DNA of 64,000 bases from Bugula neritina. Taxonomy: Eukaryota; Animalia; Bryozoa. The stretch's first letter is position 1, and each line of letters opens with the position of its first letter. The stretch is from NCBI GenBank assembly GCA_964035545.1, contig OZ037770.1, forward strand, positions 7,384,973 through 7,448,972. Direction: 5' to 3'. Below, piece after piece: positions 1-15,800 of the stretch. Below the pieces are notes generated by a model. It ran no database searches. It saw only the letters and a program-made list of their open reading frames with translations, and was not told the DNA's origin. The position numbers were made by a program, and so were the translations under genes.

Positions 1-3000
1 ATTCAGGCACTTTCTAGCACATTTAGGCACTTTTAGCACATTTTGGACATTTAGGCACTTTTTAACACATTTAGGCACTTTTAGGCATCTTTAGGTGGTT
101 TTTAGCACATTTAGGCACTTTTTAGCACATTTGAGCACTTTTAGCACATTTAGGCACTTTTAGGTACTTTTTAGCACATTTAGGCACGTTAAGCACATTT
201 AGGCACATTTAGGCACTATTAGCACATTTAGGCACTTTTAGAACCTTTAGGAACATTTGGGCACTTTTTAGCACATTTAGGCACTTTTAGCACATTTAGG
301 CACTTTTAGCACATTTAGGCACTTTTTACCGCATTTAGGGACCTTCAGCACATTTAGGCATATTTAGGCACTTTTAGGCATCTTTAGGCACTTTTTAGCA
401 CATTTAGGCACTTTTAGCGCATTTAGGCACATTTAGGCACTTTTAGCACATTTAGGCTTATTTAAGCACTTTTTAGCCCATTTAGGCACTTTTTAGCATA
501 TTTAGGCACTATTAGCACATTTAGGCACATTCAGGCACTTTTTAGCACATTTAGGCACTTTTAGCACATTTAGGCACTTTTAGCACATTTAGGCACATTT
601 AGGCACTTATAGGCACCTTTTGGCACTTTTAGCACATTTCGGCACTTTTAACACATTTAAGCACTTTTAGCACATTTAGGCACTTTTAAAACATTTAGCC
701 ACATTTAGGCTCTTTTGGGCACTTTTTAGCACATTTAGGCACTTTTTAGCACATTCGAGCATTTTTAGCACATTTAGGCACTTTTAGAACATTTAGGCAC
801 ATTTGGGCTCTTTTAGGCATTTTTTAGCACATTTAGGCCCTTTTAACACATTTAAGCACTTTTTAGCACATTTAGGCACTTTTTAGCACATTTGGGCACT
901 TTTAGCACATTTAGGCACTTTTAGGCACCTTTAGGCACTTTTTAGCACATTTAAGCACTTTTTAGCTTGTTTGAGCACTTTTCGCACATTTGGGCACTTT
1001 TAGAACATTTACGCACATTGAGGCTCTTTTAGGCACTTTTTAGCACATTTAGGCACTTTTTAGCACATTTAGGCACTTTTGGCACATTTAGGCTTTTTTT
1101 TAGCACATTTAGGCACTTAGCGCATTTAAGCACATTTAGGCACTTTTAGCACATTTAGGCACTTTTAGAACCTTTAGGCACATTTGGGCACTTTTTAGCA
1201 CATTTAGGCACTTTTAGCACATTTAGGCACTTTTTAGCACATTCAGGCACTTTCTAGCACATTTAGGCACTTTTAGAACATTTAGGCACATTTAGGCATT
1301 TTTTAGCACATTTAGGCACTTTTAGCATATTTGAGCATTTTTAGCACATTTGGGCACTTTTAGAACATTTGGGCACATTTGCGCACTTTTTAGCACATTT
1401 AGGCACTCTTGGCACATTTAGGCACATTTAGCAAGTTTAGGCACTTTTAAGCACTTTTTAGCACATTTAGGCACTTTAGGCACATTTAGGCACATTTAGG
1501 CACTTTTAGAACCTTTAGGCATATTTGGGCACTTTTCAGCACGTTTAGGCACTTTCAGCACATTTAGGCACATTTAGGCACTTTTTAGCACGTTCAGGCA
1601 CTTTCTAGCACATTTAGGCACTTTTAGCACATTTAAGACATTTAGGCACTTTTTAGCACATTTAGGCACTTTTAGGCATCTTTAGGCACTTTTTAGCACG
1701 TTTAGGCACTTTTTAGCACATTTGAGCATTTTTAGCACATTTAGGCACTATTTAGCACATTTAGGCACTTTTAGCACATTTAGGCACTTTTAGGTACTTT
1801 TTAGCACATTTAGGCACGTTAAGCACATTTAGGCACATTTAGGCATTTTTTAGCACATTTAGGCACTTTTAGCACATTTAGGTACATTTAGGCACTTTTA
1901 GGCATCTTTAGGCACTTTTTAGCACATTTAGGCATTTTTTTAGCACATTCGAGCATTTTTAGCACATTTGGGCACTTTTAGAACATTTAGGCACATTTGG
2001 GCACTTTTTAGCACATTTAGGCACTTTTGGCACATTTAGGCACTTTTAGCAAGTTTAGGCACTTTTAAGCACTTTTTAGCACATTTAGGCACTTTAGGCA
2101 CATTTAGGCACATTTAGGCACTTTTAGAACCTTTAGGCACATTTGGGCACTTTTTAGCACATTTAGGCACTTTCAGCACATTTAGGCACATTTAGGCACT
2201 TTTTAGGCCATTCAGGCACTTTCTAGCACATTTAGGCACTTTTAGCACATTTTGGACATTTAGGCACTTTTTAACACATTTAGGCACTTTTAGGCATCTT
2301 TAGGTGGTTTTTAGCACATTTAGGCACTTTTTAGCACATTTGAGCACTTTTAGCACATTTAGGCACTTTTAGGTACTTTTTAGCACATTTAGGCACGTTA
2401 AGCACATTTAGGCACATTTAGGCACTATTAGCACATTTAGGCACTTTTAGAACCTTTAGGAACATTTGGGCACTTTTTAGCACATTTAGGCACTTTTAGC
2501 ACATTTAGGCACTTTTAGCACATTTAGGCACTTTTTACCGCATTTAGGGACCTTCAGCACATTTAGGCATATTTAGGCACTTTTAGGCATCTTTAGGCAC
2601 TTTTTAGCACATTTAGGCACTTTTAGCGCATTTAGGCACATTTAGGCACTTTTAGCACATTTAGGCTTATTTAAGCACTTTTTAGCCCATTTAGGCACTT
2701 TTTAGCATATTTAGGCACTATTAGCACATTTAGGCACATTCAGGCACTTTTTAGCACATTTAGGCACTTTTAGCACATTTAGGCACTTTTAGCACATTTA
2801 GGCACATTTAGGCACTTATAGGCACCTTTTGGCACTTTTAGCACATTTCGGCACTTTTTAACACATTTAAGCACTTTTAGCACATTTGGGCACTTTTAAA
2901 ACATTTAGCCACATTTAGGCTCTTTTGGGCACTTTTTAGCACATTTAGGCACTTTTAGGACCTTTTTAGCACATTTAGGCACTTTTAGCGCATTTAGGCA

Positions 3001-6000
3001 CATTTAGGCACTCTTAGCACATTTAGGCTTATTTAGGCACTTTTTAGCACATTTAGGCGTTTTTTAGCACATTTTGGCACTATCAGCACATTTAGGCATA
3101 TTTAGGCACTTTTAGGCACTTTTAGCACATTTAGGCACTTTTAAGCACTTTTTAGCACATTTAGGCACTTTAGGCACATTTAGGCACTATTAGCACATTT
3201 AGGCACTTTTAGAACCTTTAGGCACATTTGGGCACTTTTTAGCACATTTAGGCACTTTTAGCACATTTAGGCATATTTAGGCACTTTTAGGCATCTTTAG
3301 GCACTTTTTAGCACATTTAGGCACTTTTAGCACATTTAGGCACATTTAGGCACATTTAGGTACTTTCAGCACATTTAGGCACATTTAGGCACTTTTTAGG
3401 CCATTCAGGCACTTTCTAGCACATTTAGGCACTTTTAGCACATTTTGGACATTTAGGCACTTTTTAACACATTTAGGCACTTTTAGGCATCTTTAGGTGG
3501 TTTTTAGCACATTTAGGCACTTTTTAGCACATTTGAGCACTTTTAGCACATTTAGGCACTTTTAGGTACTTTTTAGCACATTTAGGCACGTTAAGCACAT
3601 TTAGGCACATTTAGGCACTATTAGCACATTTAGGCACTTTTAGAACCTTTAGGAACATTTGGGCACTTTTTAGCACATTTAGGCACTTTTAGCACATTTA
3701 GGCACTTTTAGCACATTTAGGCACTTTTTACCGCATTTAGGGACCTTCAGCACATTTAGGCATATTTAGGCACTTTTAGGCATCTTTAGGCACTTTTTAG
3801 CACATTTAGGCACTTTTAGCGCATTTAGGCACATTTAGGCACTTTTAGCACATTTAGGCTTATTTAAGCACTTTTTAGCCCATTTAGGCACTTTTTAGCA
3901 TATTTAGGCACTATTAGCACATTTAGGCACATTCAGGCACTTTTTAGCACATTTAGGCACTTTTAGCACATTTAGGCACTTTTAGCACATTTAGGCACAT
4001 TTAGGCACTTATAGGCACCTTTTGGCACTTTTAGCACATTTCGGCACTTTTTAACACATTTAAGCACTTTTAGCACATTTAGGCACTTTTAAAACATTTA
4101 GCCACATTTAGGCTCTTTTGGGCACTTTTTAGCACATTTAGGCACTTTTTAGCACATTCGAGCATTTTTAGCACATTTAGGCACTTTTAGAACATTTAGG
4201 CACATTTGGGCTCTTTTAGGCATTTTTTAGCACATTTAGGCCCTTTTAACACATTTAAGCACTTTTTAGCACATTTAGGCACTTTTTAGCACATTTGGGC
4301 ACTTTTAGCACATTTAGGCACTTTTAGGCACCTTTAGGCACTTTTTAGCACATTTAAGCACTTTTTAGCTTGTTTGAGCACTTTTCGCACATTTGGGCAC
4401 TTTTAGAACATTTACGCACATTGAGGCTCTTTTAGGCACTTTTTAGCACATTTAGGCACTTTTTAGCACATTTAGGCACTTTTGGCACATTTAGGCTTTT
4501 TTTAGCACATTTAGGCACTTAGCGCATTTAAGCACATTTAGGCACTTTTAGCACATTTAGGCACTTTTAGAACCTTTAGGCACATTTGGGCACTTTTTAG
4601 CACATTTAGGCACTTTTAGCACATTTAGGCACTTTTTAGCACATTCAGGCACTTTCTAGCACATTTAGGCACTTTTAGAACATTTAGGCACATTTAGGCA
4701 TTTTTTAGCACATTTAGGCACTTTTAGCACATTTGAGCATTTTTAGCACATTTGGGCACTTTTAGAACATTTGGGCACATTTGCGCACTTTTTAGCACAT
4801 TTAGGCACTTTTGGCACATTTAGGCACATTTAGCAAGTTTAGGCACTTTTAAGCACTTTTTAGCACATTTAGGCACTTTAGGCACATTTAGGCACATTTA
4901 GGCACTTTTAGAACCTTTAGGCATATTTGGGCACTTTTTAGCACGTTTAGGCACTTTCAGCACATTTAGGCACATTTAGGCACTTTTTAGCACGTTCAGG
5001 CACTTTCTAGCACATTTAGGCACTTTTAGCACATTTAAGACATTTAGGCACTTTTTAGCACATTTAGGCACTTTTAGGCATCTTTAGGCACTTTTTAGCA
5101 CGTTTAGGCACTTTTTAGCACATTTGAGCATTTTTAGCACATTTAGGCACTATTTAGCACATTTAGGCACTTTTAGCACATTTAGGCACTTTTAGGTACT
5201 TTTTAGCACATTTAGGCACGTTAAGCACATTTAGGCACTTTTAAGCACTTTTTAGCACATTTAGGCACTTTAGGCACATTTAGGCACATTTAGGCACTTT
5301 TAGAACCTTTAGGCACATTTGGGCACTTTTTAGCACATTTAGGCACTTTTAGCACATTTAGGCACATTTAGGCACATTTAGGTACTTTTTAGCACATTTA
5401 GGCACTTTTAGCACATTTAGGCACTTTTAGGCATCTTTAGGCACTTTTTAGCACATTTAAGCACTTTTTAGCACATTCGAGCATTTTTAGCACATTTAGG
5501 CACTTTTAGAACATTTAGGCACATTTGGGCTCTTTTAGGCATTTTTTAGCACATTTAGGCCCTTTTAACACATTTAGGCACTTTTTAGCACATTTAGGCA
5601 CTTTTTAGCACATTTGGGCACTTTTAGCACATTTAGGCACTTTTAGGCACCTTTAGGCACTTTTTAGCATATTTAAGCACTTTTTAGCTTGTTTGAGCAC
5701 TTTTCGCACATTTGGGCACTTTTAGAACATTTACGCACATTGAGGCTCTTTTAGGCACTTTTTAGCACATTTAGGCACTTTTTAGCACATTTAGGGCACT
5801 TTTGGCACATTTTAGGCATTCTTTTAGCACATTTAGGCATAGCGCTTTAGCAGCATTTAGCACTTAGCACTTAGGCACTTTTAGGCACTTTAGGCTCATT
5901 TTAGCATTTAGGCACTTTTAGCACATTTAGGGCACTTTTTAGGCACATTAGGCACTTTTAGCACTTTAGGCACTTTTAGCAATTTAGGCACTTTTTAGCA

Positions 6001-6810
6001 CACATTCAGGCACTTTCTAGCACATTTAGGCATTTTTAGAACATTTAGGCACATTTAGGCATTTCTTAGCACATTTAGGCACTTTTAGCACATTTGAGCA
6101 TTTTTAGCACATTTGGGCACTTTTAGAACATTTAGGCACATTTGCGCACTTTTTAGCACATTTAGGCACTTTTGGCACATTTAGGCACTTTTAGCAAGTT
6201 TAGGCACTTTTATGCACTTTTTAGCACATTTAGGCACTTTAGGCACATTTAGGCACATTTAGGCACTTTTAGAACCTTTATGCACATTTGGGCACTTTTT
6301 AGCACGTTTAGGCACTTTCAGCACATTTAGGCACTTTTTAGCACGTTCAGGCACTTTCTAGCACATTTAGGCACTTTTAGCACATTTAAGACATTTAGGC
6401 ACTTTTTAGCACATTTAGGCACTTTTAGGCATCTTTAGGCACTTTTTAGCACGTTTAGGCACTTTTTAGCACATTTGAGCATTTTTAGCACATTTAGGCA
6501 CTATTTAGCACATTTAGGCACTTTTAGCACATTTAGGCACTTTTAGGTACTTTTTAGCACATTTAGGCACGTTAAGCACATTTAGGCACATTTAGGCACT
6601 ATTAGCACATTTAGGCACTTTTAGAACCTTTAGGAACATTTGGGCACTTTTTAGCACATTTAGGCACTTTCAGCACATTTAGGCACTTTTAGCACATTTA
6701 GGCACTTTTTAGCACATTTAGGCACCTTTAGCACATTTAGGCACATTTAGGCACTTTTAGGCACTTTTTGGCACATTTAGGCACATTTAGGCACTATTAG
6801 CACATTTAGG
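1..6810 (+). repeat. Satellite A: 20-21 bp unit TTAGCACAT-TTAGGCACTT(T), built of ~10 bp subunits, with a ~3.4 kb higher-order duplication; runs off the window start
   Basis: Continuous repetition of ttagcacatttaggcacttt with T-run length variation. Rare variants recur at fixed offsets (ggtgg at 94, 2303, 3496; cttgtttgag at 966, 4369, 5688). Confidence 0.97.
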
Positions 6811-9800
6811 TAACTTACTGAAATATGTTGCAAACTACTGAAATATACTGCCAAATGCTGCAACATACTGAAATACACTGTAACATACTCAAATACACTG
6901 CAACATACTGCAACAAACTCAAATACACTGTAACAATGTGAAATACACTGCAACACATTGAAATATACTGCAACATAATGAAACATACGGCAACATACTG
7001 AAATATACTGCGACACATTGAAATATGCTGCAACATACTGAAATATACTACATCATACTGAAGTATACTGCAACATACTGAAATATACTGCAACATACTG
7101 AAATATACTGCAACATACTGCAATATACTGACATACACTGTAACATACTGAAACATACAACAACATACTGAAATACACCTCGCCATAAGGAATTACACTG
7201 CAACATACTGCAAAATACTGAAATATACTCTAACATACTGAAATATGTTGCAAACTACTGAAATATAGTGCCAAATGCTGCAACATACTGAAATACACTG
7301 TAACATACTCAAAAACACTGCCAAATGCTGCAACAAACTGAAATACACTGTAACATTATGAAATACACTGCAACACATTGAAATATACTGCAAAATACTG
7401 AAATACACTTCAACATTAGGAATTACATTGCAACATACTGCAACATACTGAAATATACTGTAACATACTGAAGTACACTGCAAAACATTGGATTATACTG
7501 CAACATACCTAAATACGTGGTAACCTACTGAAATATGTTGCAAACCACTGAAATATACTGCAGCATACTGCAACATAATGAAATAATATACTGCAACATA
7601 CTGAAATACACTGCAAAACATTGGATTATACTGCAACATACCGAAATATATGGTAACTTACTGAAATATGTTTCAAACTACTGAAATATACTGCCAAATG
7701 CTGCAACATACTGAAATACACTGTAACATACTCAAAAACACTGCAACATACTGCAACAAACTCAAATACACTGTAACAATATGAAATACACTGCAACACA
7801 TTGAAATATACTGCAACATACTGAAACATACGGCAACATACTGCAACATAATGAAATATACTGCAACATACTGAAATATACTGCAAAATACTGCAACACA
7901 CTGAAATACACTGTAACATACTGAAATACACTGCAAATTACTGAAACATACTGCAACATACTGAAATATACTGCAAGATGCTGCAACATCTTAAAATACA
8001 TTGTAAGATACCGAAATACACTGCAACATACTGCAACAAACTCAAATACACTGTAACAATATGAAATACACTGCATCACATTGAAATATACTGCAACATA
8101 CTGAAACATACGGCAACATACTGAAACATACTGCGACACATTGAAATATGCTGCAACATACTAAAATATACTACATCATACTGAAGTATACTGCAACATA
8201 CCGAAGTATACTGCAACATACTGAAATATACTCCAACATACTGCAATATACTGACATACACTGTAACATACTGAAACATACAACAACATACTGAAATACA
8301 CCTCACCATAAGGAATTACATTGCCACATACTGCAACAAACTGAAATATACTCTAACATACTGAAGTACACTGCAAAACATTGGATTATACCGCAACATA
8401 CCTAAATATATGGTAACCTACTGAAATATGTTGCAAACTACTGAAATATACTGCAGCATACTGCAACATAATGAAATATACTGCAACATACTGAAATACA
8501 CTGCAACACACTGGATTATACTGCAACATACCTAAATATATGGTAACCTACTTGAATATGTTGCAAACTACTGAAATATACTGCAACATACTGCAACATA
8601 ATGAAATATACTGCAACATACTGAAATGGACTGCAAAATACTGCAACAAACTGAAAAACACTGTAACATTATGAAATACACTGCAATACATTGAAATAAA
8701 CTGCAACATACTGAAACATACGGCAACATACTGAAATATACTGCGACACATTGAAATATGCTGCAACATACTGAAATATACTGCAAGATGCTGCAACATA
8801 CTGAAATACATTGTAAGATACCGAAATACACTGCAACATACTGCAAAAAACTGAATTACACTGTAACATTATGAAATACACTGCAAAACATTGAAATATA
8901 CTGCAACATACTGAAACATACGGCAACATACTGAAATATACTGCGACACATTGAAATATGCTGCAACATACTGAAATATACTGCAAGATACTGAAATATG
9001 CTGCAACAGATTGAAATATACAGCAACATACTGAAATATGCTGTAGCATACTGAAATATACTGCAACATACTGCAATACACTGTAACATATTGAAACACA
9101 CTGCAACACAAAGAAATATACTGCAACATACTGAAACATACGGCAACATACTGAAATATACTGCGACGCATTGAAATACACTGCAACATACTGAAATATG
9201 CTGTAACATACTGAAATATACTGCAACACACTGGAGTATACTGTAATTCACAGAAGTATACTGTAACATATTGAAACATACAACAACATACTGAAACACA
9301 CCTCAACATAAGGAATTACATTGCAACATACTACAACATACTGGAATATACTGTAACATACTGAAGTACACTGCAAAACATTGGATTATACTGCAACATA
9401 CCTAAATACATGGTAACCTACTGAAATGTGTTGCAAACTACTGGAATATACTGCAGCACACTGCAACATAATAGAATATACTGCAACATACTGAAATACA
9501 CTGCAACACATTGGACTATACTGCAACATACCTAAATATATGGTAACCTACTTAAATATGTTGCAAACTACTGACGTATGCTGCAACATACTGCAACATA
9601 ATGAAAAATACTGCAACATACTGAAAAAGACTGCAAAATACTGCAACAAACTGAAATACACTGTAAAAATTTGAAATACACTGCAACACACTGAAATATA
9701 CTGCAACATACAAAAACATTTGGCAACATATCGAAATATACTGCGACACATTGAAATATGCTGCAACATACTGAAATATACTGCTACACATTGAAATATA

Positions 9801-12800
9801 CTGGAAAATACTGAAATATGCCGTAGCATACTGAAATACACTGCAACACACTGAAGTATAATGTGATTTACTGAAACATACTGCAACATACTGAAACATT
9901 TGGCAACATATCGAAATATACTGCGACACATTGAAATATGCTGCAACATACTGAAATATACTGCAAGATACTGAAACATGCTGCAACAGATTGAAATATA
10001 CTGCAACATACTGAAGAATACTGTAATATAGAGAGACGTACTGTGAAATACTGAAATATACTACATCATACTGAAACATACCTAAAATTATTGAAACATA
10101 CTGAAATACACTGTAACATACTGAGATACACTGCAACACATTGGATTATACTGCAACATACCGAAATATATTGTAACCTACGAAAATATGTTGCAAACTA
10201 CTGAAACATACTACTACATACTGCAACATACTAGAATATACTGCAAGATACTGCAATATAATGATATACATTGTAAGATATTGAAATACACTGCAACATA
10301 CAGCAACATACTGCAACATGCTGAAACACACTGTAACATACTGAAATACACTACAACACATCGAAATATACTACAACATACTGAAACATACGGCAGCATA
10401 CTGAAATATACTGCGACACATTGAAATATACTGCAAAATACTGAAATATGCTGTAGCATACTGAAATACACTGCAACACACTGAAGAATACTGTAATATA
10501 CAGAGACGTACTGTGAAATACTGAAATATACTACATCATACTGAAACATACCTAAAAATATTGAAACATTTTGAAATACACTGTAACATACTGAGATACA
10601 CTGCAACACATTGAAATATACTGCAACATACCGAAATATAATGTAACCTACAAAAATATGTTGCAAACTACTGAAATATACTGCTACATACTGCGACATA
10701 ATCAAATAGACTGCAACATACTAGAATATGCTGCAAGGTACTGCAATATAATGAAATACATTGTAAGATATTGAAATACACTGCAACCTACAGCAACATG
10801 CCGCAACATACTGAAACACACTGTAACATATTGAAGTACACTGCAACACATTGAATTATACTACAACATACTGAAACATACGGCAGCATACTGAAATAAA
10901 CTGGGACACATTGAAATATACTGCAAAATCCTGAGATATGCTGTAGCATATTGAAATACACTGCAACGCACTGAAGTATACTGTAATACATAGAAATTTA
11001 CTGAAACATACGCCAACATACTGAAATGCAGTGCAACATACTGAAATACACTGCAACACATTGGATTATACTGCAACATACCTAAATATATGGTAACCTA
11101 CTTAAATATGTTGCAAACTCCTGAAATATACTGCGACATACTGCAACATAATGAAATATACTGCCACATACTGGAATAGACTGCAAAATACTGCAACAAA
11201 CTGAAATACACTGCAAAACATTGGATTATACTGCAACATACCTAAATATATGGTAACCTACTGAAATATGTTGCAAACCACTGAAATGTACTCCAACATA
11301 CTGCAACATATAGAAATATACTGCAACATACTGAAATAGACTGCAAAATACTGCAACATACTGGAATACACTGTAACATACTGAAATACACTGCAAATTA
11401 CTGAAACATAATGCAACATACTGAAATATACTGGAAAATACTGCAACATACTGCAAAAAACTGAAATACACTGTAACATTATGAAATACACTGCAACACA
11501 TTGAAATATACTGCAACATACTGAAACATACGGCAACATACTGAAATATACTGCGACGCATTGAAATATGCTGCAACATACTGAAATATACTGTAACGCA
11601 TTGAAATACACTGTAAGACATTGAAATAAACTACAACATACTGAAACATACGGCAGCATACTGGAACACACTGTAACACATTGAAATACACTGTAAGACA
11701 TTGAAATATACTACAACATACTGAAATATACGGCAGCATACTGAAATATACTGCGACACATTGAAATATACTGCAAAACACTGAAATATGCCGTAGCATA
11801 CTGAAATACACTGCTACACATTGAAATATACTGCAAAACACTGAAATATGCCGTAGCATACTGAAATACACTGCAACACACTGAAGCATACTGTAATTTA
11901 CAGAAATTTACTGTAACATACTGAAACATATGCCAACATACTGCAACATACTGCAACATAATGAAATACACTGCCACATACTGGAATAGACTGCAAATAA
12001 ACTGCAACAAACTGAAATACACTGCAAAACATTGGATTATACTGCAACATACCTAAATATATGGTAACCTACTGAAATATGTTGCAAACCACTGAAATGT
12101 ACTCCAACATACTGCAACATAATGAAATATACTGCAACATACTGAAATAGACTGCAAAATACTGCAACATACTGAAATACACTGTAACATACTGAAATAC
12201 ACTGCAACACATTGAAATATACTGCAAAATACTGAAATACACTTCAACATAAGGAATTACATTGCAACATACTGCAACATACTGAAATATACTGTAACAT
12301 ACTGAAATACACTGCAAAACATTGGATTATACTGCAACATACCTAAATATATGGTAACCTACTTAAATATGTTGCAAACTACTGAAGTATGCTGCAACAT
12401 ACTGCAACATAATGAAAAAGACTGCAACATACTGAAAAAGACTGCAAAATACTGCAACAAACTGAAATACACTGTAAAAATTTGAAATACACTGCAACAC
12501 ACTGAAATATACTGCAACATACTGAAACATTTGGCAACATATCGAAATATACTGCGACACATTGAAATATGCTGCAACATACTGAAATTTACTGCAAGAT
12601 ACTGAAACATGCTGCAACAGATTGAAATATACTGCAACATACTGAAGAATACTGTAATATAGAGAGACGTACTGTGAAATACTGAAATATACTACATCAT
12701 ACTGAAACATACCTACAATTATTGAAACATACTGAAATACACTGTAACATACTGAGATACACTGCAACACATTGGATTATACTGCAACGTACCGAAATAT

Positions 12801-15800
12801 ATTGTAACCTACGAAAATATGTTGCAAACTACTGAAACATACTACTACATACTGCAACATACTAGAATATACTGCAAGATACTGCAATATAATGATATAC
12901 ATTGTAAGATATTGAAATACACTGCAACATACAGCAACATACTGCAACATACTGAAACACACTGTAACATATTGAAATACACTGCAACACATTGAAATAT
13001 ACTACAACATACTGAAACATACGGCAGCATACTGAAATATACTGCGACACATTGAAATGTACTGCAAAATACTGAAATATGCTGTAGCATACTGAAATAC
13101 ACTGCAACACACTGAAGAATACTGTAATATACAGAGACGTACTGTGAAATACTGAAATATACTACATCATACTGAAACATACCTAAAAATATTGAAACAT
13201 TTTGAAATACACTGTAACATACTGAGATACACTGCAACACATTGAAATATACTGCAACATACCGAAATATAATGTAACCTACAAAAATATGTTGCAAACT
13301 ACTGAAATATACTGCTACATACTGCGACATAATCAAATAAACTGCAACATACTAGAATATGCTGCAAGGTACTGCAATATAAAGAAATACATTGTAAGAT
13401 ATTGAAATACACTGAAACATACAGCAACATGCTGCAACATACTGAAACACACTGTAACATATTGAAGTACACTGCAACACATTGAATTATACTACAACAT
13501 ACTGAAACATACGGCAGCATACTGAAATAAACTGGGACACATTGAAATATACTGCAAATTCCTGAGATATGCTGTAGCATATTGAAATACACTGCAACGC
13601 ACTGAAGTATACTGTAATATATAGAAATTTACTGAAACATACGCCAACATACTGAAATGCAGTGCAACATACTGAAATACACTGCAACACATTGGATTAT
13701 ACTGCAACATACCTAAATATATGGTAACCTACTTGAATATGTTGCAAACTACTGAAATATACTGCAACATACTGCAACATAATGAAATATACTGCCACAT
13801 ACTGGAATAGACTGCAAAATACTGCAACAAACTGAAATACACTGCAAAACATTGGATTATACTGCAACATACCTAAATATATGGTAACCTACTGAAATAT
13901 GTTGCAAACCACTGAAATGTACTCCAACATACTGCAACATAATGAAATATACTGCAACATACTGAAATAGACTGCAAAATACTGCAACATACTGAAATAC
14001 ACTGTAACATACTGAAATACACTGCAAATTACTGAAACATACTGCAACATACTGAAATATACTGGAAAATACTGCAACATACTGAAATACATTGTAAGAT
14101 ACCGAAATACACTGCAACATACTGCAAAAAACTGAAATACACTGTAACATTATGAAATACACTGCAACACATTGAAATATACTGCAACATACTGAAACAT
14201 ACGGCAACATACTGAAATATACTGCGACACATTGAAATATGCTGCAACATACTGAAATATACTGTAACACATTGAAATACACTGTAAGACATTGAAATAA
14301 ACTACAACATACTGAAACATACGGCAGCATACTGAAACACACTGTAACACATTGAAATACACTGTAAGACATTGAAATATACTACAACATACTGAAACAT
14401 ACGGCAGCATACTGAAATATACTGCGACACATTGAAATATACTGCAAAACACTGAAATATGCCGTAGCATACTGAAATACACTGCTACACATTGAAATAT
14501 ACTGCAAAACACTGAAATATGCCGTAGCATACTGAAATACACTGCAACACACTGAAGTATACTGTAATTTACAGAATATTACTGTAACATACTGAAACAT
14601 ATGCCAACATACTGAAATGTACTGCAACATACTGAAATACACCGCAACACATTGGATTATACTGCAACATACCTAAATATATGGTAACCTACTTAAATAT
14701 GTTGCAAACTACTGAAATATACTGCAACCTACTGCAACATAATGAAATATACTGCCACATACTGAAATAGACTGCAACATACTGCAACATAATGAAATAT
14801 ACTGCCACATACTGGAATAGACTGCAAAATACTGCAACAAACTGAAATACACTGCAAAACATTGGATTATACTGCAACATACCTAAATATATGGTAACCT
14901 ACTGAAATATGTTGCAAACCACTGAAATGTACTCCAACATACTGCAACATAATGAAATATACTGCAACATACTGAAATAGACTGCAAAATACTGCAACAT
15001 ACTGAAATACACTGTAACATACTGAAATACACTGCAAACTACTGAAACATACTGCAACATACTGAAATATACTGGAAAATACTGCAACATACTGAAATAC
15101 ATTGTAAGATACCGAAATACACTGCAACATACTGCAAAAAACTGAAATACACTGTAACATTATGAAATACACTGCAACACATTGAAATATACTGCAACAT
15201 ACTGAAACATACGGCAACATACTGAAATATACTGCGACACATTGAAATATGCTGCAACATACTGAAATATACTGCAACACATTGAAATATACTGCAACAT
15301 ACTGAAATACACTTCAACATAAGGAATTACACTGCAACATACTGCAACATACTGAAATATACTGTAACATACTGAAATACACTGTAACATACTGAAATAC
15401 ACTGCAACATACTGCAACAAACTGAAATACATTGTAACAATATGAAATACACTGCAACACATTGAAATATGCTGCAACATACTGAAATATACTACATCAT
15501 ACTGATGTATACTGCAACATACTGAATATGCTGCAACATACTGAAATATACTACATCATACTGAAGTATACTGCAACATACTGAAATATACTGCAACATA
15601 CTGAGATATACTGCAACATACTGAAACACACTGTAACACATTGAAATACACTGTAAGACATTGAAATATACTACAACATACTGAAACATACGACAGCATA
15701 CTGAAATATACTGCTACACATTGTAATATACTGCAAAACACTGAAATGTGCCGTAGCATACTGAAATACACTGCAACACACTGAAGTATACTGTAATTTA

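Noticed and set aside
1-6810. True telomeric array
   Set aside because: TTAGG(C) motifs are separated by 5-15 bp spacers, never in pure tandem, and the array is internal.
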